Part shown: positions 38,560 to 48,014 of the stretch, piece by piece
Layout of the letters: each line of letters starts with the position of its first letter
How positions within the stretch are numbered: position 1 is the stretch's first letter
From: an uncultured Planctomycetota bacterium
GTDB lineage: Bacteria > Planctomycetota > PLA2 > JAEUHO01
Reading direction: 5' to 3'
Length of the DNA: 64,000 bases
NCBI GenBank assembly: GCA_963752285.1
Contig: CAVVXN010000005.1
Coordinates: forward strand, 800,001-864,000
Translations under genes and position numbers: made by a program
Notes under the pieces: generated by a model
The model's input: only the letters and a program-made list of their open reading frames with translations
Told to the model about the DNA's origin: nothing
The model's database searches: none

Positions 38560-39246
38560 GTGCCGCCCGCGCCCGAAGCCCCCCCCGCCCCGACGCCCGT
38601 CCCCCCCGCGGGCGCGCGCGCGGCGCGACGGGCGCTCGGGAAGCGGCGCGAGCGGGCCTGGCCCTACCTCGTGGTCGTCGCGGCTGCGGCCGCCGCGATC
38701 GTCTGGCCGCTGGTGCGGGAGTCGCGGCGGGCCCACGCGATGATCGAGCGCGAGCACGAGGCGCTCGCGGCGCTCGACCGGGTGGCGGCCGCGGAGGAAT
38801 CACTGCGCGAGGCCACGGGGCGCTACGGCTGGGTCGAGGACCTCGAGCGGTCGGGGCGCCTCGGCGGCCTCCGGGTTGCCGGACCGGATGCGGGGCGGTA
38901 CGTGGCGAGCCCGGGCTACCGGGTGGACGTGCTCCTCCCGTGGGGGCGTCTCGGAGGGCGCGGCATCGGACTCGTGCCGAGGGGCGGCGCGCACCCGCCG
39001 GACGACGACCTCTCGACGTCGCACTTCGCGGTCGTCGCCCGTCCGCTCGAGCCGGGCACGTCGGGATGGCGCGCCTTCTACATGGACGAGGAAGCGGTGC
39101 TCTTCCTGAACGAGGGCGTGACCGACGCCGACAGCGCGGCGCTGAACCCGCTCCCCGAGACGAAGGTGCACGCGTCCCAGCCGATGCAGAGCGGCCGCGC
39201 GCTGCTCTGGCAGCGGGCCGACGAGGCCGTCCCCTCCGACGACTGA
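38560..39246 (+). CDS. Single-TM protein with DUF2950/pilin-like C-terminal segment
   Basis: TM helix followed by an amphipathic helix; HFAVVARPLEPGTSGWRAFYMDE. Confidence 0.55.
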   Translation: MPPAPEAPPAPTPVPPAGARAARRALGKRRERAWPYLVVVAAAAAAIVWPLVRESRRAHAMIEREHEALAALDRVAAAEESLREATGRYGWVEDLERSGRLGGLRVAGPDAGRYVASPGYRVDVLLPWGRLGGRGIGLVPRGGAHPPDDDLSTSHFAVVARPLEPGTSGWRAFYMDEEAVLFLNEGVTDADSAALNPLPETKVHASQPMQSGRALLWQRADEAVPSDD

Positions 39247-39261
39247 CCGCGGACGACGCCC

Positions 39262-40287
39262 TCAGTCCGCGAAGCGCACGCCCTCGCCCGCCTCGATCCG
39301 ACCCGCGATCCAGGCCTCCTCACCGGCGTCCCGGAGCGCGCCGACCGCCCGCTCGGCCTCCTCCGCTGGGACGACGACGAACAGGCCGAGGCCCATGTTG
39401 AACACCCGCCACGCCTCTTCGCGGTCGATCGGTCCGGCCCCGAGGAGCCACGTGAACACGGGGTTCGGGGTCCAGGCGCTCCGATCCACCACCGCGCCGA
39501 GGCCCGGCGGGAGCACGCGCGGGAGGTTCTCGCGGATCCCTCCGCCCGTCACGTGCGCGATCGCGTGGACGGGGACCGAGTCCCGGAGCCGGAGCACGGG
39601 CCGCAGGTACGAGCGGTGCGGCCGGAGGAGCGCGCTCGCCAGGCTCTCGCCGAGGAGCTCCGGGCTCCCGTCGAGGTCGGGGCCGTCGCGATCGAGGATC
39701 GCGTTCGCGAGCGAGTAGCCGTTGGTGTGGAGGCCGTCGGACCGGACGCCGACGAGCGCGTCGCCCGCGGCGACACCCTTCGGCCAGAGCCGCGCGCGGT
39801 CCACGACCCCCACCAGGAAGCCCACGATGTCCACCTCGCCCGCGGCGTAGGTGCCCGGCATCTCGGCCGTCTCGCCGCCGAGCAGCGCGGCGCCCGCCGC
39901 GCGGCAGGCCTCGACGATGCCGGCGAGCAGCTCCTCCAGGACCGCCGACTCCAGGCGGCTCGCCGCGAAGTAGTCGAGGAAGAAGAGCGGCTCCGCTCCC
40001 TGCACGAGGACGTCGTTCACGCAGTGGTTCACGATGTCGTGCCCGAGCCCGCGTACCCGGCCGGCCCGAAGCGCGAGCCGGACCTTCGTGCCGACGCCGT
40101 CGTTCGTGGCGACGAGGACGGGATCCTCGAAGCCGTCGAACCGCGCGGCGAAGAGGCCGCCGAACGCGCCCGGCTCGTGCAGGACGCGCGGCGTGAAGGT
40201 GCTCTTCACCAGGCCGGCGACGCGGCGGAGGCTCCCCTGCTTCCGATCGATGTCCACGCCCGCGTCGCCGTACGTGATCTCGCCCAT
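39262..40287 (-). CDS. purM: Phosphoribosylformylglycinamidine cyclo-ligase
   Basis: TYGDAGVDID, DGVGTK, GAEPLFFLDY, GGETAEMPG, GLHTNGYSL, HVTGGG, FNMGLG. Confidence 0.97.
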   Translation of the reverse strand: MGEITYGDAGVDIDRKQGSLRRVAGLVKSTFTPRVLHEPGAFGGLFAARFDGFEDPVLVATNDGVGTKVRLALRAGRVRGLGHDIVNHCVNDVLVQGAEPLFFLDYFAASRLESAVLEELLAGIVEACRAAGAALLGGETAEMPGTYAAGEVDIVGFLVGVVDRARLWPKGVAAGDALVGVRSDGLHTNGYSLANAILDRDGPDLDGSPELLGESLASALLRPHRSYLRPVLRLRDSVPVHAIAHVTGGGIRENLPRVLPPGLGAVVDRSAWTPNPVFTWLLGAGPIDREEAWRVFNMGLGLFVVVPAEEAERAVGALRDAGEEAWIAGRIEAGEGVRFAD

Positions 40288-40477
40288 CGTGCGCTCCCAT
40301 CGGCCGCGGGGGCGTCGGCCCGCCGGACGCGGCTCGGCGCGGATCGACCCCGGAAGGGTCGGCATCGTACCGCCCCGGGGCCCGCGCCCGGGGGAACGGG
40401 TATGGTGAGCGCCAAGGTCGCCCGGCGGCGCCCGCAGTCCTTCGTTCCGGGCGGACGCCCGCCTCCGAGGGCCCCTC

Positions 40478-42424
40478 ATGGCAGCACTCTTCCCCCCCGT
40501 CCTCGCCTCGGTGGGATCCGTGTCCCTCTCGATCGTCGGCGTGGGGTTCCTGATCTTCGTCCACGAGCTCGGCCACTACCTCGCGTGCCGCGCGACGCGC
40601 ACCCGGGTCGAGACCTTCTCGATCGGGTTCGGGACGCGCCTCTTCGGCTGGGAGAACCTGCCGGGGCAGCCGCGCCGGTTCACGGTGGGACGCCGCCGTC
40701 TCGACCCCGCGGACCACGCGATGGACTTCCGCGTGGCGCTGATCCCGCTCGGGGGCTACGTCAAGATGGCGGGCGAGAACCCCGGCGAGGCGCGGTCGGG
40801 CGCGCCCGACGAGTTCCCGAGCAAGCCCGCGCTCGCGCGCGTGTTCATCGCCTCGGCCGGCGTGATCATGAACGTGATCACCGCGGCGGTCCTCTACTTC
40901 GTCGCCTTCTCGGCCCACGTCCCGCAGCAGCCCGCCGTCGTCGGCGCGACGGTGAAGGGCGGCCCCGCCTGGCAGGCCGGCATCGAGCCCGGCGACCGGG
41001 TCCTCGCGCTCGGCGGCGCCCGCCTCGACTCCTTCCTCGACCTGCGGATGGAGACCGTCTTCCTGGATCGCGACCGGTCCGCCCCGGTGGAGATCGACCG
41101 CCAGGGCGTCCGCAAGACGCTCCAGGTCGTGCCGCGGTACGACGAGGAAGCCGGCGCCGTCCAGCTCCAGGTCGCGCCCGCGGTGGAGCTGCATCTCACG
41201 TCCGGGTCGAAGACGCTCGAGATCGGCGGGACGGAGGCCGCCCAGGTGGCCGGGATTCCCGTCCACGGCGGACGCGAGGCCATGTCCGTGATGATCGACG
41301 CCTGGTCGGCGAGGCCCGGCCAGCCCATCCCGATCGAGAAGTCGGACGGGTCGTCGATCGAGTTCGCCTTCGCGCCCGCGGACCCCGGGCCCAAGGAGGA
41401 CGCGTCGTACAAGCTCGGCATCGAGGCGTACGGCTCGCCCGTCGTGGAACAGGTCCGGGCCGCGGCCGCGAAGGCCGGGATCGAGCCGGGGGACGAGATC
41501 CGCGCGGTCGTCACCGCCGCGGGCCGGCATCCGGTGGACCGCTCCGGCGCCCTCGCCGAGCTCCCTTTCGGCGCGCCGATCCGCGGCGTGGTCGTCGCGC
41601 GCAAGGACCCGGCGCGGGAGATCGTGCTCCCGGTGGACCTCGCGACGCCGGCCGCGGCGCGCGCGTTCTTCGAGGACGTCGCGGTGGTCCCGCTCGACGG
41701 GACGGCGGTCGCGCCGGTCCCCCCGGGTCTCGTGACGCCGTACGTCGCCTCGGGTTCGCTCGCGCGCTATCCGTCGTCGCCCGCGACCGAGGCCGGCATC
41801 CGGAGCGGTGAACGGATCGTCGCCATCGCGGGCGCGCCGGTCGGCTCCTGGAAGGACATCCTGGCCAAGCTCGGGACGCTCCGGTCCGCGGCGCCGATCT
41901 CCGTCGAGGTCGAGAGCGTGGACGGCGTGAAGCGGACCCTCGACGTGACCCCCGTCGCCATCGAGCCGATCGCGCCCGGGACCTTCACGTCCACCATGCT
42001 TCAGGTGCCGTTCGAGGCGCACGGCGCGGTGCACGCCGGCGTCCTCGCGATCGGCCGCGCCGGTCGGGAGATCGCGAGCATCTTCCGCATGATCGGCGCG
42101 TTCTTCACGGGCAACGTCTCGTTCCGGCGCAACGTGGCGGGCCCCGGGACGATCGTGAACGTGAGCGCCGGCTACGCCGAGAGCAGCCTCCTCACGTGGT
42201 TCCTCTTCCTCGCGTACATCAGCATCACGCTGGCCGTCCTGAACGTCCTCCCCGTCCCGCCCCTCGACGGGGGTCTCCTCCTCTTCATCGCGATCGAGAA
42301 GATCAAGGGCTCGCCGCTCAAGGAGGAGGTGATGGGCCGGCTCCAGTTCGTGGGCCTGATGCTGCTCCTGGTGCTGATGTTCTTCGCCTTCAAGAACGAC
42401 TTCACGAACCTGACGTCGCACTGA
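40478..42424 (+). CDS. rseP: Site-2 (M50) intramembrane metalloprotease with several PDZ domains
   Basis: FVHELGH, FSIGFG, IPLGGYVKMAG, AGVIMN, PDZ repeats (PAWQAGIEPGD), LNVLPVPPLDGG. Confidence 0.92.
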   Translation: MAALFPPVLASVGSVSLSIVGVGFLIFVHELGHYLACRATRTRVETFSIGFGTRLFGWENLPGQPRRFTVGRRRLDPADHAMDFRVALIPLGGYVKMAGENPGEARSGAPDEFPSKPALARVFIASAGVIMNVITAAVLYFVAFSAHVPQQPAVVGATVKGGPAWQAGIEPGDRVLALGGARLDSFLDLRMETVFLDRDRSAPVEIDRQGVRKTLQVVPRYDEEAGAVQLQVAPAVELHLTSGSKTLEIGGTEAAQVAGIPVHGGREAMSVMIDAWSARPGQPIPIEKSDGSSIEFAFAPADPGPKEDASYKLGIEAYGSPVVEQVRAAAAKAGIEPGDEIRAVVTAAGRHPVDRSGALAELPFGAPIRGVVVARKDPAREIVLPVDLATPAAARAFFEDVAVVPLDGTAVAPVPPGLVTPYVASGSLARYPSSPATEAGIRSGERIVAIAGAPVGSWKDILAKLGTLRSAAPISVEVESVDGVKRTLDVTPVAIEPIAPGTFTSTMLQVPFEAHGAVHAGVLAIGRAGREIASIFRMIGAFFTGNVSFRRNVAGPGTIVNVSAGYAESSLLTWFLFLAYISITLAVLNVLPVPPLDGGLLLFIAIEKIKGSPLKEEVMGRLQFVGLMLLLVLMFFAFKNDFTNLTSH

Positions 42425-42433
42425 GACATCGGC

Positions 42434-43381
42434 ATGCTCGGAGAGCGGGGCCGGCGGCTCGATGGATCGTCCGCGGCGCTCCCCGCGTGGCTCGCGCTCG
42501 TCCGCGCGCCGCTCGCGCCCACCGCCGCGCTCGACGCCGCCGCGTGCCTGGGCCTCGCCCTCTCGGGCGCCGGGCGTGCGCCGGGCTCGGTCGGGTTCGT
42601 CGGGTGGGCGCTCCTCGTCCTGACGGCCGTGCTCGTCTACGCCTTCGGCATGGCGCTGAACGACCTCGTGGACCGCGACCGCGACCGCGTGCTCGCCCCC
42701 GACCGACCGCTGCCGTCCGGCCGGATCCACCCGGGTCGGGCGACCGCCCTGGTCGTGGCCCTCGCGGTCGCGGCCCTCGCGATCGGCGGAGGACCGGCGG
42801 GATCGCGGCTCGCCGTGGCGGTTGCGCTGGCCGCCGCCGCGCTCTACGACCTCGTGCCCCGGAACGCCCTCGGCCTCGGCGCGGCGGCGCTGGGACTGGC
42901 GCGCTTCGCGAACGCCGCGGTCGCCGTGACGCCCCTCGTCCTGGACGGACGGGCTCCCCTCCTCGTCGGGATCGGGCCGCTCGCGGTCGGCCTCTACGCG
43001 GCGGCCGTCACGGTCTGGAGCACGACCGAGGACGTGGACCGCCCGGCGCGCCGGCTCACGAGCCGCGCCCTGGCGCTCGCCGCGTTCGTCCTGGCGGGGC
43101 TCGGGCCGTGGCTCGTGGTCGGCCACCCGACCCTCGGCCTCGTCGTCGCCGCGGGGGCCGTCTCGAGCCTCGCCTTCGCGCGAACGCCCCGCGCGGGCCC
43201 GCCGAAGCGCCAGGTGCTCGAGATGCTCCTGGGCCTCTACTTCCTCGGCGGCTCGATCGCCTCGGGCACCGACGGCGGCTCGCTCGTCGCCGGCGCGGCG
43301 TCGATCGCGCTGGCGTTCGCCCTCATCTTCCTGAGCCAGGTGTCGATCCGGGCGCTCGCGCGCGCTCGTCGGGCGGTGTGA
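42434..43381 (+). CDS. UbiA family prenyltransferase
   Basis: GMALNDLVDRDRD..PDRPLPSGRI; multiple TM helices. Confidence 0.85.
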   Translation: MLGERGRRLDGSSAALPAWLALVRAPLAPTAALDAAACLGLALSGAGRAPGSVGFVGWALLVLTAVLVYAFGMALNDLVDRDRDRVLAPDRPLPSGRIHPGRATALVVALAVAALAIGGGPAGSRLAVAVALAAAALYDLVPRNALGLGAAALGLARFANAAVAVTPLVLDGRAPLLVGIGPLAVGLYAAAVTVWSTTEDVDRPARRLTSRALALAAFVLAGLGPWLVVGHPTLGLVVAAGAVSSLAFARTPRAGPPKRQVLEMLLGLYFLGGSIASGTDGGSLVAGAASIALAFALIFLSQVSIRALARARRAV

Positions 43382-44669
43382 TCTCCTCGAGCACGCGCGC
43401 CCGGAGCTCTTTGAAGCGCGACGTGTCCCGAATGGGGTCGAGGTCGCGGTCCTCGTCGAGCCAGCCGAGGTCGCTCCACCGCGCGTCCACCGCCTTCTCG
43501 AGGTGCCACAGCGAGCGCGCCCGGTACTGCATCTTCGTCGCGTCGCTCTTCTGGACCTCGCCCCACTGGGCGTACGCGCACGCGAGGTTGTAGTGCGTCA
43601 TCGCCCCGCTCCCGTCGGGGTCGGGCCACTGGAGCAGGTCCTCGTAGAGGCCGATCGCCTCCCGGTACCGGCCCACCCGCAGGAGGACCGCGGGGTACAG
43701 CGTCTCCGACGCCTGCGTCTTCCAGCTGTGCCCGAGGCGGTACAGGAAGTCCTCGAGCCGGTCGTCGTAGTCGTCCGGCCAGATGCGGTACGCCGCGACG
43801 ATCAGGTCGGCGTAGCGCCCCACGCCGTACGTGAACTCGATCCAGTCCCGGTCGGACTGGGTGCTGATGGACCGGTAGAGGCTGTGCTCGGTCTCGTCGT
43901 GGACGCGACGCAGCAACGCGTCGAGCTCGGCCTTCGCCTCGAGGTCGTCGGGACGCGCGACCTCGATGAGGGCGTTCGCCGCCATGTCCTGGATCTCGCC
44001 GATGTCCCAGGTGAAGCGCGGCGGACGGACGAACTCGAACGGGCCCGCGCGGACCACGCCCGGCTCGGCGCGCGCGCGGTCCACGAGCATGTCGAGCACC
44101 ATCTCGAGCGCGGCCTCGCGGTACGGGAGCAGGATCGCGAACTGGCCCCGATACGTCCCCGTGCTGCCGGTGCTCGACTTGCGCGAGAGGAAGAGCCGTT
44201 CGACCTCCGCGCGGTCCAGCATGGCGAGGAGGCGTCGCTCGCGGGCCGTCGGCTCGCGTGCGGACTCCGCGGCCGCGCGAAGCGTCTCGCGCGCGATCCG
44301 CGAGGCCGTCTCGTCGCGAACGACGCTCCGCGCGATCGAGAGCGCGAGCTCGTCGCTCGCCGCGTCCAGGTGCGCGAGGAGCGCCTGCACCGCCTCGGGT
44401 GAGCCGTCCTCGGCGAGCACGCGGGCGATCTCGGCCTGCACCTCGGGCGCCGCGTTCGTCAGGCCTTCGACGAGCCGTGCGCGCGCGTCCGGGAGGAGTG
44501 CCAGCAGCCGCGCGCGGGCGGCCGCGCGCTCGCGCTCCGCCGGCGAGGACAGCGCCTCGATCGACGATCCGACCTCGTCGGCGGCGCGGGCCCGCGCCGC
44601 CGGCCCCGCCAGGAGCAGGAGCACGACCGGGACGAGGAGCGCGGCCGGGAGGACGGGACGGCGAGGCAC
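43323..44669 (-). CDS. Secreted HEAT/TPR protein with TPR-end domain
   Basis: Signal peptide; HEAT N-terminus; HYNLACAYA...LEKAVD...WLDEDRDLDPIRD. Confidence 0.8.
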   Translation of the reverse strand: MPRRPVLPAALLVPVVLLLLAGPAARARAADEVGSSIEALSSPAERERAAARARLLALLPDARARLVEGLTNAAPEVQAEIARVLAEDGSPEAVQALLAHLDAASDELALSIARSVVRDETASRIARETLRAAAESAREPTARERRLLAMLDRAEVERLFLSRKSSTGSTGTYRGQFAILLPYREAALEMVLDMLVDRARAEPGVVRAGPFEFVRPPRFTWDIGEIQDMAANALIEVARPDDLEAKAELDALLRRVHDETEHSLYRSISTQSDRDWIEFTYGVGRYADLIVAAYRIWPDDYDDRLEDFLYRLGHSWKTQASETLYPAVLLRVGRYREAIGLYEDLLQWPDPDGSGAMTHYNLACAYAQWGEVQKSDATKMQYRARSLWHLEKAVDARWSDLGWLDEDRDLDPIRDTSRFKELRARVLEEITPPDERARAPGSTPGSGR

Positions 44670-44801
44670 GAGGGGATGCTACCCGTCCCGGGATGGGCCG
44701 CGCCGCCCCCGGGCCGCGCTCCGCCCCGCCGCCCCGGGGCCGGACGGAGCGCCTCCGCGCGGCGGGGTTCATGTCGCCGGCCGATCCGGTCGAAGCAGGA
44801 G

Positions 44802-45197
44802 GTGGAAGGTTCCCTGCCCGAACCGGCCGTGGTCCCGGTCCCCGGAGGCTCCCCGATCGGTCCCCCCGCTTCCCTCGACGCGCGACTGGAAGCCGAGCTG
44901 AGACGCGGCGCGGTGCAGCTCGTCACGATGGTCTTCCTCTCGACCCCGCGGTACGGCTACGACCTCGTACGCCAGCTCTCGACCTCCGGGTTCGACGTCG
45001 AGGAGGGGACCCTCTACCCGATCCTCAGGCGTCTCGAGCAGCAGGGCCTGCTCGACGCGACCTGGAACACCGACGGCGCGCGCCCGCGCAAGTACTACCA
45101 GCTGTCCGATGAGGGGCGCCGGCGGCTGGCCGACATGATCGAGACCTGGCGCCGCGTACGGGACGCCACCGACGCCGCCGTGGAGGGTGCGGGATGA
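44802..45197 (+). CDS. PadR family transcriptional regulator
   Basis: ELRRG, PRYGYDL, EEGTLYPILRRLEQQGLL, RPRKYYQLS; start uncertain. Confidence 0.9.
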   Translation: MEGSLPEPAVVPVPGGSPIGPPASLDARLEAELRRGAVQLVTMVFLSTPRYGYDLVRQLSTSGFDVEEGTLYPILRRLEQQGLLDATWNTDGARPRKYYQLSDEGRRRLADMIETWRRVRDATDAAVEGAG

Positions 45198-46156
45198 CGA
45201 CCAAGGCCCCGCGCAAGTCGGAGTACCTCGAACGCCTCCGGGATCTGCTCCCCTACCGGGACGGCTCGCGAATCGTCGAGGAGGTGGACGGTCTCATCGA
45301 GGACCGCATCGAGGCCGAACGCGAGGGCGGCGCGACGTCGGAAGACGACGCCGAACGCCGCGCCCTCGACGCCCTCGGGCCGGCCGAGCACCTCGCCGCC
45401 GAGCTCGTCACGCCGCCGATCACCGTGGACCTCGCGACGCGGCGCACCTTCACGCGCCTGCTCGCGATCACGTTCGCCGTCCACCTCCTGCTCTCGATCG
45501 TGCTGACGGTGGCGGGCACGGGCGGCGCGGCGATCCCGGGCCTCCTCGGACCGCTGCCGCGCGAGCCCTTCGCCGCGCTCGTGACGAGTGCGCTCTCGAT
45601 CTTCCTCGTGGACACGGGCGGCCTGTTCCTCGTCTTCGCGCTGCTCGGCCGCGGCAAGGCGCCCCGTCACCTCCCCGTGCCGCGCCTGCGCGTCGCAACG
45701 AGCCGCCGGGACGCGGTCACGGCCCTCGTGCTCCTCGGCCTCGTCGTGCTGATCCTCCACCCGTTCCGGGACCACGTGTTCGCGGTGCGGGACGGCGAGC
45801 GCATGGTGCCGATCCTCGCCCCGGACCTCGTCTCCCTGATGCCGTTCGTGGACGTGGCCCTCGGCCTGCTGGCCGCCCGCCAGCTGGCGATCCTCCTCGC
45901 CGGGGCCGAGCGTGTCACGGGCGTGCTGGCCGACGCGCTGGCGTCGATCGCCCTCGCCGCCGTGCTGCTGCTCGCTGCGACACGGGGCGAGCTCGTTCGG
46001 TTCCCCGAGGTCTCCCTGGGGCACCGCGGCGCGCTCCTCCTCTCCGACCTCACGACGCGCGTGCTGCTCTTGGTGTTCGTGGGCGCCGCGCTCTTCCTCA
46101 CGGTGCGCTTCGTGAAGCGCTGCCTGCGACTACGCCAGATCCTCGCGTCCGCCTGA
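45194..46156 (+). CDS. PadR-associated membrane protein (HAAS/permease-prefix-like N-terminus)
   Basis: EYLERLR..L..IVEEV..LIED..ALDALGPAEHLA followed by TM helices; ATGA overlap with padR. Confidence 0.75.
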   Translation: MTTKAPRKSEYLERLRDLLPYRDGSRIVEEVDGLIEDRIEAEREGGATSEDDAERRALDALGPAEHLAAELVTPPITVDLATRRTFTRLLAITFAVHLLLSIVLTVAGTGGAAIPGLLGPLPREPFAALVTSALSIFLVDTGGLFLVFALLGRGKAPRHLPVPRLRVATSRRDAVTALVLLGLVVLILHPFRDHVFAVRDGERMVPILAPDLVSLMPFVDVALGLLAARQLAILLAGAERVTGVLADALASIALAAVLLLAATRGELVRFPEVSLGHRGALLLSDLTTRVLLLVFVGAALFLTVRFVKRCLRLRQILASA

Positions 46157-46435
46157 GCGCCGTCGCCGGCCGATCGCGTCGGGTCGGACATTCCTCCGCT
46201 GGGCGCACGAGGCGCGCCTCGTCGGCCCGGCCACGATCGGGCGCCTGCTCGCGCGCCGACCGGCGGGCCCGGTCACGCTGCGCCAGAGCGTCCCTCTTCC
46301 GGGCCCCACGCGCGGTCCGGTCGCTCCGTGCCGGGAGGCGGTCCCCTCCCGCCCGCGGGATTCCGTTCTACGAACCCGGGTGGATGGTGCGATTCTGGTG
46401 GACGAAGGGCAGTCCCAGGCACGAGGGGTCGTGGT

Positions 46436-46708
46436 ATGCGGCAGAGAGGCACCTCTGGCGTCGCGGTTCTGGGCATCGCCTTCGTGATCGCAGTTCTCGC
46501 GGCCGCGGCTTGGATGGTGTACCGCCCCCGCTGGGAGTACCGGGTCGTGACGTTCAGCGACAGCGCCTGGGGGTCCGGCAACGGACGCCAGGGGAGCCCG
46601 GACGAGCTCGGGCGCGAAGGCTGGGAGATCGTCTCTGCCCGTCGCGCGCGTGGCGACTTCGACTTGATGGGCTACGAGTGCATCCTTCGGCGACGGGTGT
46701 TCCCGTAG
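46436..46708 (+). CDS. Small DUF4177-like protein
   Basis: TM helix then WEYRVV...ELGREGWEIVS...ILRR. Confidence 0.7.
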   Translation: MRQRGTSGVAVLGIAFVIAVLAAAAWMVYRPRWEYRVVTFSDSAWGSGNGRQGSPDELGREGWEIVSARRARGDFDLMGYECILRRRVFP

Positions 46709-47034
46709 CCCGCCGCAAAGATCGAGGACTGCTGCGGGCGGGTCCGCGACACGGCGAGCGCCGAGCCGCCGCGCGCGTGGACGGGCGTTCGTTCCCGCTG
46801 GACCCGATCCCCTGGGAGCCACCGGCGCGATTCCTCCGGGATCCCGACGTCGAGATCCTCGAGGAAGACCGCCCGCCGAGCGCGGAGTGACCCGCCGCTC
46901 GTGCGATCTCGTTCGTGCGGCGCTGGCGGACGGCTACTCCCAGGGACCGTACCGGAACGGTCGGTGCCACGCACGCCGCCGCGCCAAGCGCCTCGACAGG
47001 CCGGATTCGTGCGGCCTGAACGTGGATCAGAAAC

Positions 47035-47051
47035 AGCCCGTCACGCGGGCT
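47035..47051 (-). promoter_or_regulatory. Hairpin downstream of the in-frame UGA: candidate SECIS and/or intrinsic terminator
   Basis: Minus strand AGCCCG-CGTGA-CGGGCT starting 13 nt after the UGA, followed by GTTTCT. Confidence 0.5.
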
Positions 47052-47913
47052 TGCGCTTGACGCGTCACCCCACCGGCTTCGTGTCGTTCGCGTTCGTCGG
47101 GAGGTTCTTCCCGGACCGCACGGCCTGGATCGCGTCGCGCAGGTAGTCCTTGCGCTCCGCGCCCTTGAGCTCGTCCTGCGGGTCGTTGTCCACGGCGCCG
47201 CGGTAGCGGAGGTGGTGGTCGGCGTCCAGGAGGAAGAGGTGCGGCGTGTTCGTGGCGCCGAAGAGATCGGAGACCTTCTGGTCGGGGTCCATCACGACCT
47301 TCCAGCGGTAGCCCGTGAGGTCCTCGTAGTCCGTGACGTGTCCGGGCTTGTCCGGGTAGTCGCCGGCCACGGCGAGCAGGCGCACGCCGGTGTCGCCGAG
47401 GATCGACTGGACGCGCTCGTCGTACACGCCCTTGCACATCGGGCAGCGGGGCGACCAGACCATCACGAGGATCGGCGCCTTCGCCGCGCCTTCGATCCAC
47501 GTGGCGAGGTCGCGGAGCGTCTTCGCCCCGTCGCGTGTCTCGTCACCGGGCACCAGACCGAAGCCCTGGCCGACGCGGGCGACGAAGTCGGCTCGGAGGT
47601 CCGAATCGAGCTCCCCGTCCGACTGCAGGCCCGGGAGGGCGTCGATCGCGGTGTCGAGCGTCACCGGCTTCCCGTCCGCCTTCGCGCGGGCCGCCTCGAG
47701 CACCCAGGACTCGGCCTTCGGAGCGGTGATCTCGAGGTCGGAGAGCGAGACGTTCCTCCCGTCCACGCCAGGACCCGAGAAGCCCTGGACCAGGTCCCCG
47801 ATCGCGTAGGGCCCACTCGCCTCGGCGGCGCCGCCGGATCGGGCGGCGAGGGCCAGGGCGAACGCGGCGGCGGGCACCAGGAGCCAGGCGAGACGGAGCG
47901 GGGCAGCGCGCAT
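47041..47913 (-). CDS. Exported redoxin/thioredoxin-family (Prx-like) protein; probable selenoprotein (TGA at 47067-47065) with an ACP-like insertion
   Basis: Signal peptide, WSPRCPMC, FGATNTPHLFLLD, LRYRGAVD, TKPVG-TGA-RVKRKPA-TGA; ends at 47065 if the first TGA is a stop. Confidence 0.85.
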
Positions 47914-48014
47914 ACGGGTCCTCCTCAGGCGACGACCCCCGATGGTACGGGCCGCGGAGAGGGGCTCACTTCGAAGTCCAAAGCCCCGTGTTCATACCGC
48001 CGGAGCGACCCGGG

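Noticed and set aside
43323..43381. 59-bp convergent overlap of the UbiA-family and HEAT/TPR genes
   Set aside because: Short tail-to-tail overlaps are common in high-GC genomes, and both proteins look complete
46777..46890. Short coding-like stretch VDGRSFPLDPIPWEPPARFLRDPDVEILEEDRPPSAE*
   Set aside because: Only 37 codons with no RBS or recognisable family; could be a gene remnant but is unsupported
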